Assembly (NCBI GenBank): GCA_026398415.1
Contig: JAPLSY010000032.1
Coordinates: 15,197 to 79,196, forward strand
DNA from: Kiritimatiellota bacterium
GTDB taxonomy: Bacteria > Verrucomicrobiota > Kiritimatiellia > JAAZAB01
DNA: 64,000 nucleotides
Direction: 5' to 3'
The notes under the pieces are model-generated. The model was not told the DNA's origin and searched no databases. It saw only the letters and a program-made list of their open reading frames with translations. This document shows, in pieces, positions 9,646-19,970 of the stretch. The translations under genes were made by a program, and so were the position numbers. The first letter of the stretch is position 1. Each line of letters begins with the position of its first letter.

Positions 9646-11082
9646 GTGAGGCGCACACTGAAAACTCAATACTTGCAACGGATATTGATCGGATTGGGGC
9701 TGGCGATGGTCCTGGCAGTACCCTGGGCATCGGCGACGAATTATTACGTGGTGACATCGAGCCAGCAGCCGTCGCCGACCCCACCATGGACCAACTGGGG
9801 ATGGGCTCACACCAATCTGATCGAAGTCGTTGCCGCCGCCCGCGACAACGACACGGTGTATGTGACCAACAACGCCACCTATTATCTAACGAATCAAATA
9901 ACCGTCAGCTATGCCATTACGGTGCGGAGTTGGGGGCCGGGCGGAATCCTGGACCCGACCAACACGATCATAGATGCCAACGTTCCCGGAGCGGCCACGA
10001 CTAACCGGCATTTTATGCTTAATAATTACGGGGCCATGCTGGCGGGCTTTACGCTCACAAACGGGTGGGACAGGTCATACGAAAGCAACTCCGCCAGTGG
10101 CGGGTCCATATATTTAAATTACGGAATAGTGACGAACTGCATTATCATGCGCAACTATGCGTTAAACCCGCATTCTGTTGCTGCGCGCGCTGGCGGGGGC
10201 GGAATATTTATGGGGGTGAGTTCTGCCAACAGCGGGGGGGTGTGGAATTGCACAATTAGCGGTAATTCGGCATATAAAAATGGTGGTGGAATTCTCATCT
10301 ACGCGGGGGGGCCTTGGCGGATTGCAAATTGCACGCTCTCCGGCAATTCTGTGGGATCTCAAGGAGGGGGAATCTACGCCGATGCGAGCTCCGCCGTCGT
10401 GAAGACGATAATCAGCAATTGCTGGGTTGTATCCAATTACTCGGACAATTATGCCGGTGGAATATATATGGATTATTACGCGCTATGCCAAAATTCCTTT
10501 ATCATGGGCAATACGGCTTCAAACGTTTACGGTGGCGGCGTTCGTATGGGCGATTATGCCGTGCTCAGAAATTGCTTAATTGTTAATAATCTTGCTAAAA
10601 CCAAGCGGGGCGGCGGAATCGAAGCTAGTCAAAGTCCTTCAATTCAAAACTGTACAATCGCCAGTAACGTAGCAGTTGGCGAGGGAGGCGGATTCAACTT
10701 TTCTAATTACGATGGTTATCCGAAAATAGAAAACACCATAATATGGGGCAATAGCGGAAGTGGAACTGCCTCTAATTATTACATTAATCGCAATCCATCG
10801 GTATCGTCTGTCGCATTTACTAACTGCTGCACATCGCCGAGCATTGTTACTAACACTGCCACCGAGGTCAATACCGTCACCAACGATCCGCGGTTTGTGA
10901 ATAACGCCACTGATTTCCGGTTGCAATCGGATTCGCCCTGCATCAATGCCGGCGTGAATCGGGCCTGGATGGAGGGCGCAAATGACTGTTACGGCAATCG
11001 GCGCATTGATAATTTCCGCAAAACCGTTGATATCGGCGCCTATGAATACCTTGGTAAAGGCACAGTGTTCGGCTTCCAGTAA
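9646..11082 (+). CDS. Secreted right-handed parallel beta-helix protein (choice-of-anchor-Q-like C-terminus), copy 1
   Basis: Signal peptide, repeated GGG-I/V...NC-x-I-x-x-N units, C-terminal DFRLQSDSPCINAG...VDIGAYE. Confidence 0.85.
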   Translation: MRRTLKTQYLQRILIGLGLAMVLAVPWASATNYYVVTSSQQPSPTPPWTNWGWAHTNLIEVVAAARDNDTVYVTNNATYYLTNQITVSYAITVRSWGPGGILDPTNTIIDANVPGAATTNRHFMLNNYGAMLAGFTLTNGWDRSYESNSASGGSIYLNYGIVTNCIIMRNYALNPHSVAARAGGGGIFMGVSSANSGGVWNCTISGNSAYKNGGGILIYAGGPWRIANCTLSGNSVGSQGGGIYADASSAVVKTIISNCWVVSNYSDNYAGGIYMDYYALCQNSFIMGNTASNVYGGGVRMGDYAVLRNCLIVNNLAKTKRGGGIEASQSPSIQNCTIASNVAVGEGGGFNFSNYDGYPKIENTIIWGNSGSGTASNYYINRNPSVSSVAFTNCCTSPSIVTNTATEVNTVTNDPRFVNNATDFRLQSDSPCINAGVNRAWMEGANDCYGNRRIDNFRKTVDIGAYEYLGKGTVFGFQ

Positions 11083-11131
11083 GAAATAGACGCGATGCAA
11101 TATTGGTGGTAAAGCCAAAAGTTCTCGGTCC

Positions 11132-12307
11132 TTACGGCGCTGACCGATCGGCAACATGCCGGCGCAGGTCGGCCAGGCGCCGCGTGGCCTCGCGCAACGT
11201 GGCCTCACGCTTGGCAAAGTGGAAACGGATAAATTGTCGAACCGGTTCCCGGAAGAAGCTCGACCCCGGCACTGCCGCCACGCCCACGGTGCGCGCCAAC
11301 CATTCGCAGAAAGCGGTGTCGTCGCGCACCCCGAATTCGGACACGTCCACCATGACATAATAGGCGCCGGCCGGACGGGTGTAGCGCAGGCCGGCCGCAT
11401 CGAGACCCGCCAGGAACAGGTCCCGCTTGGCCGTGTAATCCACCTGCAATTGCGCGTAGTAGGCATCGGGAAAATTCAGTGCGGTCACCGCCGCCTCCTG
11501 CAGCGGGGCCGCCGCCCCGACGGTAAGGAAGTCGTGCACCTTGCGGACGCCATCAATGACCGCGGCCGGGGCAATCACATAGCCCAGCCGCCAACCGGTA
11601 ATGGAATAGGTTTTCGAAAGCGAACTGCAGGAGAGCGTACGCGCAAACATTCCCGGCAGGGAGGCAAAATAGACGTGCTGGTGGGGCGCATAGACAATGT
11701 GCTCGTACACTTCGTCGGTGATGACGAACGCATCGAACTCCTCCGCCAGGCGCGCGATGGTCTCCAGTTCCGCGCGCGTAAAAACCTTGCCGGTCGGGTT
11801 GGCGGGATTGCATAGAATCAGCGCCTTGGGCCGCTGTTCGAAAGCGCGCCGGAGTTCAGCCGGGTCGAAACTGAAATCCGGCGGACGCAACGGCACATAA
11901 ATCGGCTCCGCGCCCGCCAGGATCGCATCGGCACCGTAATTCTCGTAGAACGGCGAGAAGACGATGACCTTATCGCCGGGATTGCAGGCCGTCATCATCG
12001 CGGCCATCATCGCTTCCGTACTGCCGCAGGTCACCACGAGATGTTCATCGGCATCCACGGGAACGCCCATCCACCGGCTCTGCTTGCGGGCCAGGGCCTG
12101 GCGGAAATTGGGCGCGCCCCAGGTGACCGCGTACTGGTGCGGGCCAGCGCGGCTGACCTGTTCAAGCGCCGCCTGTAATTCGACGGGTGGATCGAAATCC
12201 GGAAAACCTTGGGACAGGTTAATGGCCCCGCAGGCATTGGCCACCCGTGTCATCCGCCGGATGACGGATTCGGTAAAATGACCGGTTCGCTGACTGGTTG
12301 TTGGCAT
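11132..12307 (-). CDS. PLP-dependent class I/II aminotransferase (YbdL/DapC-like)
   Basis: INLSQGFPD, CNPANPTG, DEVYE, SLSKTYSITGWRLG. Confidence 0.93.
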   Translation of the reverse strand: MPTTSQRTGHFTESVIRRMTRVANACGAINLSQGFPDFDPPVELQAALEQVSRAGPHQYAVTWGAPNFRQALARKQSRWMGVPVDADEHLVVTCGSTEAMMAAMMTACNPGDKVIVFSPFYENYGADAILAGAEPIYVPLRPPDFSFDPAELRRAFEQRPKALILCNPANPTGKVFTRAELETIARLAEEFDAFVITDEVYEHIVYAPHQHVYFASLPGMFARTLSCSSLSKTYSITGWRLGYVIAPAAVIDGVRKVHDFLTVGAAAPLQEAAVTALNFPDAYYAQLQVDYTAKRDLFLAGLDAAGLRYTRPAGAYYVMVDVSEFGVRDDTAFCEWLARTVGVAAVPGSSFFREPVRQFIRFHFAKREATLREATRRLADLRRHVADRSAP

Positions 12308-12364
12308 AATTGGACGTCCTAACTGAATTAGTTACCTTGGTCACTCGAAACCGCTATAAAGAAC

Positions 12365-12499
12365 AAGAATTTCACCACGGATAGCACGGATGTCACTGAT
12401 ATGGAATGAGTTTCCGCCTGAAAGCGGACCCGCCAAGGCGGGAACTATGGTCACACTTGCCTTTCTATCCTTGTCATCAGTGTCCGTGGTTAATTTCTT
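12365..12499. repeat. Inverted 9-bp-period arms enclosing a REP-like double hairpin
   Basis: AAGAATTTCACCACGGAT-AGCACGGAT-GTCACTGAT ... ATCCTTGTC-ATCAGTG-TCCGTGGTTAATTTCTT, with TTCCGCCTGAAAGCGGA-CCCGCCAAGGCGGG (12412-12442) inside. Confidence 0.7.
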
Positions 12500-13122
12500 T
12501 GGGTTGTGGGCAACGCCCGCATTAGCAGTTTATCCAATCGCTCGGAAACAACCTTGCGCCGACAGGAGGAGTCAATGCGACGGGTGAATTTCAAGGCAAG
12601 GGGGCGCCGAAAGCCTTTTGGCAATTCCAGTTCCGGCAGAGCGGCAAAAAGCCGGGAGCGTGTGGGGCTCAGATAGAGGAAATCCACGAGCGCTTTTTCC
12701 GGTGTGGCCATGGCGATACCGGTGCGGGCATTCACTTCAAAGCCTCCGAAAAAGGAAGGCTTCACATGATGAACGGATACAGCCCCCAATGGCGTGCTGA
12801 ACGCCTGGGTCCGCGCCAACGATACCGCATAGATCCGCAGGGGCACTTGGGAAATCATGCCGTGCGCATAGAGCGCGCTCTGGAGGGAAATGTAGCAGGG
12901 CGCCGGCACCGTCAATAAGGCCGGCAGTATCAGGGGATCAATCTTGTCCGGGAAACCCCAGTAACCGCGTCGGAGCCGCAACACCTGCCGTGCCATCGCC
13001 AGGCGCGCCAAGGTCTTGCTGGCATGAGGCCGCGTTAACTGGAGCGCCGCGGCGGCGTCGTTGGTCGTGAATGCCGGTGCGTGCAACTCCACGAGCCGGG
13101 TGAGGGCGTCAATCGTTTTCAT
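12490..13122 (-). CDS. Type IV toxin-antitoxin AbiEi-family antitoxin / transcriptional regulator
   Basis: N-terminal wHTH (RLRRGYW), YISLQSALYAHGMISQVP, ATPEKALVDFLY; start MKTID overlaps the toxin stop (ATGA 13119-13122). Confidence 0.85.
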   Translation of the reverse strand: MKTIDALTRLVELHAPAFTTNDAAAALQLTRPHASKTLARLAMARQVLRLRRGYWGFPDKIDPLILPALLTVPAPCYISLQSALYAHGMISQVPLRIYAVSLARTQAFSTPLGAVSVHHVKPSFFGGFEVNARTGIAMATPEKALVDFLYLSPTRSRLFAALPELELPKGFRRPLALKFTRRIDSSCRRKVVSERLDKLLMRALPTTQRN

Positions 13123-13886
13123 CGTTGACCTCGCAAGGCTTCCATCACGCGTAAAACCATATGGTCCCACACCGCGGGGTCATCATAAGCGGCCTGATGG
13201 TCCGGGGCAAGATACGATAAGACTTGGCTCTTAAAATCCCCAAACCGCATCGCCAGGCACCGTTGTTCAGCCTCTTGGAGCAGGTCGGCCGGAAGGGATA
13301 CGGTTTCGTTGGCGGGCACTACTGCACCGGAGCTCAGCAAGAGATCCAGATCGAAAAGGTCCCGGGCTTGTGTTATCGACCGGGTTGCCAGCGCTTGGAT
13401 TTTCTGGCGCCAAGCCACGGTTGCCGGATAATGGCAGGCCAGGATCGGCGGAAGCCCCAGCGATCGAACCAGCAACGGATCCACGTTTTCCAGAATGGCA
13501 TCGTCAAAGGGTCGGCGGCGCGAGAACTCGATTTTTGTGGGGACAGGTATTACCGATACAGGGGTCAGCAAGCCGAATTTCCATCGTTGCGTTGTTTCGG
13601 TTTGCTTGGCCTCGGTAACGTGTTCAATATTCATCCCGTAAACCGCCAGCGCTTGCAGGAACGGGACCGATTTTAGAATACCGGCGACCCGGCTACGCAA
13701 CTCGCTAACCGGGATGGTCTGAACATCCAAATCCATATCTTCCGAATAACGAATGCTCTTAAAAAAGAAACGCAGATTACAGCCACCTTTCAGGGCATAG
13801 AAACGCTTGTCGAGCTTCTGCCCCAACTGGGACAGGAACAGCAGGTGGAAACGCTCGATATATCCGATTTGTTGCAGGGTATGCAT
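13119..13886 (-). CDS. AbiEii/AbiGii family nucleotidyltransferase toxin
   Basis: LKGGCNLR...RYSEDMD, KIEFS, KIQAL..R, ARDLFDL. Confidence 0.9.
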   Translation of the reverse strand: MHTLQQIGYIERFHLLFLSQLGQKLDKRFYALKGGCNLRFFFKSIRYSEDMDLDVQTIPVSELRSRVAGILKSVPFLQALAVYGMNIEHVTEAKQTETTQRWKFGLLTPVSVIPVPTKIEFSRRRPFDDAILENVDPLLVRSLGLPPILACHYPATVAWRQKIQALATRSITQARDLFDLDLLLSSGAVVPANETVSLPADLLQEAEQRCLAMRFGDFKSQVLSYLAPDHQAAYDDPAVWDHMVLRVMEALRGQR

Positions 13887-14032
13887 GCTTGCCTCCGCAT
13901 TGTTCGTTGGCAGATATAATACGGTAAAAAGACCTTGGCGTCAACAACCTGTATTGGCTCTCAAAAAGATGGACAGGGCTGTTGTCATCTGGAACTGCAT
14001 ACCGGCGGAATTGACACTGCTCACTGGTTGCA

Positions 14033-15709
14033 TCATTTATGCGACACGGGGCGAAACTGGACCCGATGGGGGCGATCGGCGGCATCGCCCAACAGGGTCC
14101 GGCGATGCTCATGGTAGGCTTCGTAGTTGCCCTCGAACCACGTCACCCGGCTGTCGCCTTCGAACGCCAGGATGTGCGTTGCCACGCGATCCAGGAACCA
14201 GCGGTCGTGGCTGACCACCACCGCACAGCCGCCAAAATTGATGATGGCTTCTTCAAGCGCGCGCAGGGTATTGACATCGAGGTCGTTGGTCGGCTCATCC
14301 AAAAGCAAAAGATTACCGCCGCCCCGCAGGAGCTTGGCCAGATGCACCCGGTTACGCTCGCCACCCGAGAGATTACCGACGCGTTTCTGCTGGTCAGAGC
14401 CCTTGAAATTGAACCGGCCGCAGTAGGCACGCCCGTTCATCTGCCGCCCGCCCAAGTCCAGGAATTCCAATCCGCCGGTGATTTCCTCGTAAATCGTGTG
14501 GTTGGGATCCAGGGTATCGCGGCTCTGATCCACGTGCGCGGGCACTACCGACGTCCCCAGGGCCAGGCGCCCGGAAGTCACCGGTTCCTGGCCGAGGATC
14601 ATGCGGAACAACGTGGTCTTGCCGGCGCCGTTGCCGCCGATCACTCCCACGATGCCGCCGCGGGGCAGGTCGAAATTGACATCCTCCATGAGCAGGCGCT
14701 CGCCAAAGGACTTGCTTAGCGCTTCGGCCCGCACGACCAGGTCACCCAGCCGGGGCCCCGGCGGGATCTGGATCTCCAGCGAATCCTCGCGCGTATCCAC
14801 CTGCTGGCCGGCCAGCTCCTCGTAACGTTTCAGACGGGCTTTGCCTTTGGCCCGCCGCCCCGACGGATTCATCCGCACCCAGCTTAATTCCTGCTCCAGC
14901 AATTTACGCCGCGAGCTGGCCTGCCTGCTCTCGCGTTCCATCTGGGCCTGTTTCTGTTCCAGCCAGCTCTCGTAATTGCCCTTGTAAGGATACGCATGTC
15001 CGCCATCCAGCTCCAGGATCCAGCCGGTCACGTTGTTCAGGAAATAGCGGTCGTGCGTCACCACCACCACCGTGCCCTTGAACTTTTGCAGATAGGCCTC
15101 GAGCCAGGCAACCGATTCCGCGTCCAAGTGGTTGGTAGGTTCATCGAGCAACAGCGCATCGGGATTGGAAATCAGCAGACGGCACAGCGCCACCCGGCGT
15201 TTTTCACCGCCGGAGAGCTTGGCCACTGCGGCCTCGCCCGGCGGCAGGCGCAGGGCATCCATGGCCAGTTCCACGTTATGATCGAGTTCCCAGAGATCAT
15301 GCCGGTCAATCAGGTCCTGGAGCCGACCCAATTCGTTATTGAGTTTCTCCGCTTCCGCCGTTGACGGCTTGGCGCCCAAGCGGTCACAGATTTCGTCATA
15401 TTGCTTGATAATCGCGCGCTCGCCGGCAATGCCCTCCTCGACAATCTCCGCCACCGTCTTGGCAGGGTCCAGTTGCGGCTCCTGGGGCAGGTGCCCCATC
15501 TTGATGCCTTTGGCCACGTAGACCTCGCCCATCACCTCCGTATCCAGGCCGCCGATAATTTTGAGCAGGGACGATTTGCCCGAGCCGTTGGCGCCGATGA
15601 CACCGATCTTGGCGCCGAAGTAGAACGCCAGGGTTATATCGTCCAGGACGTTCACACGGTTGTACTGCTTGGTGACCCGCTGCAAGGTGAATATGTATTC
15701 GCCGGCCAT
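14033..15709 (-). CDS. ettA: Energy-dependent translational throttle ABC-F protein EttA
   Basis: Two ABC domains ([16 protein letters not shown]), [22 protein letters not shown]-terminus. Confidence 0.95.
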   Translation of the reverse strand: MAGEYIFTLQRVTKQYNRVNVLDDITLAFYFGAKIGVIGANGSGKSSLLKIIGGLDTEVMGEVYVAKGIKMGHLPQEPQLDPAKTVAEIVEEGIAGERAIIKQYDEICDRLGAKPSTAEAEKLNNELGRLQDLIDRHDLWELDHNVELAMDALRLPPGEAAVAKLSGGEKRRVALCRLLISNPDALLLDEPTNHLDAESVAWLEAYLQKFKGTVVVVTHDRYFLNNVTGWILELDGGHAYPYKGNYESWLEQKQAQMERESRQASSRRKLLEQELSWVRMNPSGRRAKGKARLKRYEELAGQQVDTREDSLEIQIPPGPRLGDLVVRAEALSKSFGERLLMEDVNFDLPRGGIVGVIGGNGAGKTTLFRMILGQEPVTSGRLALGTSVVPAHVDQSRDTLDPNHTIYEEITGGLEFLDLGGRQMNGRAYCGRFNFKGSDQQKRVGNLSGGERNRVHLAKLLRGGGNLLLLDEPTNDLDVNTLRALEEAIINFGGCAVVVSHDRWFLDRVATHILAFEGDSRVTWFEGNYEAYHEHRRTLLGDAADRPHRVQFRPVSHK

Positions 15710-15745
15710 TGTGTGTCTATACCTCTTTCACGGCAATTTTAGGAT

Positions 15746-15856
15746 ATCCGTGTCAATCCGTGCTCAACAGTGTCGATGATCAAACTTTTTTTCTATGGCC
15801 TTCCGGATGTTTGACAGCGAAGCTGTAATTTCGCGTCCTTTCGCGTGTTTAGCGGG
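15746..15856. repeat. Short 9-10-bp-period repeats between typA and ettA
   Basis: ATCCGTGTCA-ATCCGTG and TTCGCGTCCT-TTCGCGTGT-TTAGCGG. Confidence 0.5.
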
Positions 15857-15870
15857 CAAATTATTTGGAG

Positions 15871-17652
15871 TCACGGCTTGAAATCGCGCTTGCGCAGGCG
15901 GACGCTTTTCGGCGTGACCTCCACCAGTTCGTCGTCATTGATGTAGGCGATGCAGGCATCCAAACTCATCTGGGTGGGCGGCGTGAGAATGACATTTTCA
16001 TCGGAACCGGCGGCGCGTATGTTCGTGAGTTTCTTGCCTTTGGCCGGATTAACCACCAGGTCGTTGTCACGGCAATGCTCGCCGATAATCTGGCCGCGGT
16101 AGATGCGTTCGCCGGGGCCCATGAAGAGCCGGCCACGATCCTGCAGGTTAAACAACGCAAACGCCACGGTGGTGCAGTTCTGCATGCTGATCAGCACGCC
16201 GTTGCGCCGGTTGCGCATCTCGCCGACATGCGGCCCGTAGCCGAAGAAAATATAATTAAGCACACCCATGCCCTTGGTGTCGGACATGAATTCACCCTTG
16301 AACCCGAACAGGCCGCGGGTCGGAATCTTGTAAGTCAGGCGCACCATGTCCGCGTTGCGGTCCATGGTCAGCATCTGGCCCTTGCGGCCGCCGAGCTTCT
16401 CGATGACGGTGCCCATATATATTTCGGGCACGTCGATCGTCACTTCTTCGTAAGGTTCCAGCAGTGCGCCGTTTTCTTCTTTCGTGATCACGTGCGGACT
16501 GGAAACCTGGAATTCGAACCCCTCGCGCCGCATCGTTTCCACCTTGATGGAGATATGCAGTTCGCCACGGCCGGAGACCTTGAAGCCATTGCCCTCCGGC
16601 AATTCTTCCACGTGCAGGGCAACATCGCAAAGCACTTCGCGCTGCAGGCGCTCCGCCAGGTGGATGCTGGTCGAAAACACACCTTCCTGGCCGGCGAAAG
16701 GAGAGTTGTTGGGCAAAAAGTTCATGCTCACCGTGGGCGGATCCACCGGCAAAGGCGGCAGGGGACAGGGATTCTCCGGGTCGGTATAGGTGTCGCCAAC
16801 CATCACGCTTTCGAGTCCTGCAACGGCCACGACATCCCCCGCTTCGGCGGCGGCAGTTTCAATCTTGCGGTCGCGTTCGTAGCGATAAATTTTGGTAATG
16901 CGGGCGGCTTCATGTTTGCCCCCGGTCGTGGCCAACACCACGGGCATGTTGGGGATCAGGCGTCCCGCCGTGATTTTGCCTATCCCTAAGCGGCCGAGGA
17001 ACGAGGAATGATCGATACTGGCCACCTGCAACTGGAGCGGCGCATCAGGCGAGCCTTTGGGAGGCGGAATGTATTTCAGGATGGCATCGAACAAGGGACG
17101 CATGTCCGTGCCGAAATGGTCCGGGTCCAGGCTGGCATGGCCATCGCGGGCCGAGGCATAGACGACATGAAAATCGAGGATGCGGTTGGAGGCGCCCAGC
17201 GTGACAAAGAGATCGAAAACCTGGTCCACGACCCAATGGGCGCGCGCCGCCGGTTTATCGATCTTATTGACGACCAGGACAACCGGCAAATGAAGCGCCA
17301 GGGCTTTTTTGAGCACGAAATAGGTCTGCGGCATGGGCCCTTCCTGGGCATCCACCAGCAGCAGAGCGCCGTCGGCCATTTGCAGGACCCGTTCGACTTC
17401 GCCGCCAAAATCGGCGTGGCCGGGCGTATCGATGATATTGATGGTATGGTCCTGGTAGCGGAAGGAGCCGTTTTTCGATCGGATCGTGATACCCCGCTCG
17501 CGTTCGAGATCGGAGCTGTCCATCAGCCGTTCGGTAATCACCTCGTTATCGCGGAACGAACCGCTCTGGCGCAGAAGTTTATCCACCAGCGTCGTTTTGC
17601 CATGATCCACGTGCGCGATGATCGCAATATTTCTGATCGTATCGGTGTGCAT
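15871..17652 (-). CDS. typA: Translational GTPase TypA/BipA
   Basis: [50 protein letters not shown]; start placed at MHTDTIRN. Confidence 0.96.
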   Translation of the reverse strand: MHTDTIRNIAIIAHVDHGKTTLVDKLLRQSGSFRDNEVITERLMDSSDLERERGITIRSKNGSFRYQDHTINIIDTPGHADFGGEVERVLQMADGALLLVDAQEGPMPQTYFVLKKALALHLPVVLVVNKIDKPAARAHWVVDQVFDLFVTLGASNRILDFHVVYASARDGHASLDPDHFGTDMRPLFDAILKYIPPPKGSPDAPLQLQVASIDHSSFLGRLGIGKITAGRLIPNMPVVLATTGGKHEAARITKIYRYERDRKIETAAAEAGDVVAVAGLESVMVGDTYTDPENPCPLPPLPVDPPTVSMNFLPNNSPFAGQEGVFSTSIHLAERLQREVLCDVALHVEELPEGNGFKVSGRGELHISIKVETMRREGFEFQVSSPHVITKEENGALLEPYEEVTIDVPEIYMGTVIEKLGGRKGQMLTMDRNADMVRLTYKIPTRGLFGFKGEFMSDTKGMGVLNYIFFGYGPHVGEMRNRRNGVLISMQNCTTVAFALFNLQDRGRLFMGPGERIYRGQIIGEHCRDNDLVVNPAKGKKLTNIRAAGSDENVILTPPTQMSLDACIAYINDDELVEVTPKSVRLRKRDFKP

Positions 17653-17759
17653 AATGCCCCCTAGGGCGCACACGTATTAGCAGAAAATCGGGCAGATGCA
17701 AGCCATAGAATTAACACCGGGGTGCGCGTGGGTACGATTATACAGTTGCGTTCATTTAC

Positions 17760-18821
17760 TCAATAGCCCCCATGTTTCCTGGCCAGATCAACTGCCAGCC
17801 GATAGGATGCAAAGCTCACGGTCGGCGGCACGGAATGGTCGCTGTGGAAAATGTAGCCCCCGCCTTCCTTGGCAACCATGACTTTTGAAACCACTTCTTC
17901 CTCTATCTCCCGGGCAATGCCACGCGCCAGAACATCCATATTGATGTTCCCGAAAAAAGCAAGGTCTCTGCCGTATTCTTTTTTTAATTTCCTCACGTCG
18001 TTGCCGGTCCTGGCTTCCAACGGCTGGATGCAGTCAAAACCCGCCTTGATCACCAACGAGATGAACTGCCGGACATCCCCATCGCAGTGCAGAATAAGAA
18101 ACAAATTATGTTTCGAACAGAATGCGCGGATTTTTTTGTGATACGGCATCACCATTTTCTGATACACGGCAGGGGAGAACAACATGCCGTTTTTGTAACA
18201 CAGATCGGCAAAAAACCATACGGCGTCAAATTTAAGTCCTTTATTCAATCCCAATTCCAGCATGGCGAGAATAAAATCCGTCTGGGTGGCAATAACATCC
18301 TCAATAAATTCCGGCTCCATCAACATCAATTCCAGCGTTTCTTTCAGCCCAATGGTCCTTAAGGCATACCAGCATGGTTCCACAGGCGATATGGTTACAA
18401 ATTGACCATTCGGTCTGCTCCGGTGCATGGCTTCCACGGTCTCATTGCCATAGCGTTGCCAATCAACATCCAGTCCTTTTTTAAGTTGCTCCCAATCCGC
18501 GCGGGTCTTTACGGTAAAATCCATCTCCAACGGTGTCGCATAGTTGGTTTTCCAACTCTTCATCGTAACCCCGTTTTTATCAACGGCCACCGTCCACTCG
18601 GGGGTTTCTTCCAGAATTTTTTCCGGAAGCCGCAGGCTGCAATCGAAACTAAATTGCGCTATCTTATCCAAGCCAAAATAATCCGAGGGCGCCATTTCCG
18701 CCGGCAATCCTTCTTTCCGCCACCGTTCAATGGTTTCCGGCCAGAAACAGATTTCCGCCATTGGAATTCTATCTGAAGTTTTATGAGCAAGCGCGTCCTG
18801 GAATCTTTCCTTGCTGGTCAT
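17760..18821 (-). CDS. URO-D family protein
   Basis: MTSKERF...DRIP, DLCYKNGMLFSP, LHCDG, IQPLE, FHSDHSVPPTVS; start placed at MTSKERF. Confidence 0.85.
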   Translation of the reverse strand: MTSKERFQDALAHKTSDRIPMAEICFWPETIERWRKEGLPAEMAPSDYFGLDKIAQFSFDCSLRLPEKILEETPEWTVAVDKNGVTMKSWKTNYATPLEMDFTVKTRADWEQLKKGLDVDWQRYGNETVEAMHRSRPNGQFVTISPVEPCWYALRTIGLKETLELMLMEPEFIEDVIATQTDFILAMLELGLNKGLKFDAVWFFADLCYKNGMLFSPAVYQKMVMPYHKKIRAFCSKHNLFLILHCDGDVRQFISLVIKAGFDCIQPLEARTGNDVRKLKKEYGRDLAFFGNINMDVLARGIAREIEEEVVSKVMVAKEGGGYIFHSDHSVPPTVSFASYRLAVDLARKHGGY

Positions 18822-18935
18822 AATGTTTTTATCCTTCGCCGTAATGGAGCAATTATGGGGAAATTTATGGTCGGACGGTTTCGCCAAAACCATCGTGGCA
18901 CGCACGGCAGGCGCACCCTGCCCATTTCATTGCCC

Positions 18936-19934
18936 TCATGAAGCGTTATGAAAAAAACTGTCTTCCGGGATCGGACGCGAAAGGAAATTACGTCTTTCTT
19001 CCCGGGACACCTTGAAGGCGCCGTCAATGCGGGTATGGCACCAGGTAAGCGCAATTTGAGGTTTAAGCCATTTCTTTTCATCGCCGGACAATGCCCCAGC
19101 GCTTTCTTCGTACGCGTCCAGGAAGCTTTTCGTCGCCTCGGCATTGAAATACGGCGCCTGGGTCAGTGCCCAAATATCGCCTTTGCCGACCGGTTGTTCG
19201 TGGGAAGAACAGCAGCAGAGGATCGCAAAGGCAAGGTCGTAGATTCTGGGGCGCCACGCGCACCAGTCAAAATCCACAAACGCGCGAACACCGTCCTCGC
19301 CCATGAGAACATTGGCCGGTTGGACGTCGCCGTGTACCAGCGTATGCGGCAGGGCACGGTAGGCGTCCGGCGGTAAATCATGCGATGATTGCGCAATGAG
19401 CCGTTCGTAGGGTTCCAAGACCGGACCGGTTTCGGGATTCTCGTTCCTCAACCGCTTGGCGTTCAGTGAAAGCCGCTCCGGATCAGTTTCACCGCGCGCG
19501 CCCATCTTTTCATAGCGGAGCATGAACCCGCTTCCCGCACGGTGAAATTTTCCCAAGACCGTTCCAAGCAACGCGGTATCGGCTTCGGCCCCATCGCGCA
19601 TGTGCCGTCCTTCAACGAACTCAAAAACTTCCCACAGCGCATCGTCTGCGCGCCACCAGGTGTTCCCGGCTGCGGATACCAGCGGCGGCTTAACCGGAAC
19701 GCCTGAGCACGCAAAATGAAACATGGCCTGATGGTCGAACTGCACACGCTTTTCGTCGCAATAATCGGCATGTCTCCGGCGCGCAAACCATTGTCCGGTG
19801 CTTGTGTGGAAAACATAGCATGTGTTCCGGCTGCCACCGGCTACGGAAGACGAGACCAAACGGCCAAGACGGTAGGCATCGCAAATCCGCTTCTCAAGAA
19901 TCATGTTCGCATCTCGTAAAGCGTCTCTCGCCAA
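18936..19934 (-). CDS. APH / homoserine kinase type II-like phosphotransferase
   Basis: HGDVQPANVL catalytic loop, VDFD, DLA; exact start uncertain. Confidence 0.82.
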   Translation of the reverse strand: MARDALRDANMILEKRICDAYRLGRLVSSSVAGGSRNTCYVFHTSTGQWFARRRHADYCDEKRVQFDHQAMFHFACSGVPVKPPLVSAAGNTWWRADDALWEVFEFVEGRHMRDGAEADTALLGTVLGKFHRAGSGFMLRYEKMGARGETDPERLSLNAKRLRNENPETGPVLEPYERLIAQSSHDLPPDAYRALPHTLVHGDVQPANVLMGEDGVRAFVDFDWCAWRPRIYDLAFAILCCCSSHEQPVGKGDIWALTQAPYFNAEATKSFLDAYEESAGALSGDEKKWLKPQIALTWCHTRIDGAFKVSREERRNFLSRPIPEDSFFHNAS

Positions 19935-19970
19935 GTTCGCAAGAAAATGTGGAATTGATTGAGCAAAGAA

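Noticed and set aside
16540-16570. TypA motif reads [10 protein letters not shown] rather than the usual GELHLSILIE
   Set aside because: A point difference; cannot be distinguished from ordinary divergence or a read error
15865-16989. Long antisense ORFs (also 557-1606, 41269-42318, 46808-47839, 57614-58510, 61473-62621)
   Set aside because: Shadow frames opposite well-supported genes in GC-rich sequence, with no recognisable motifs
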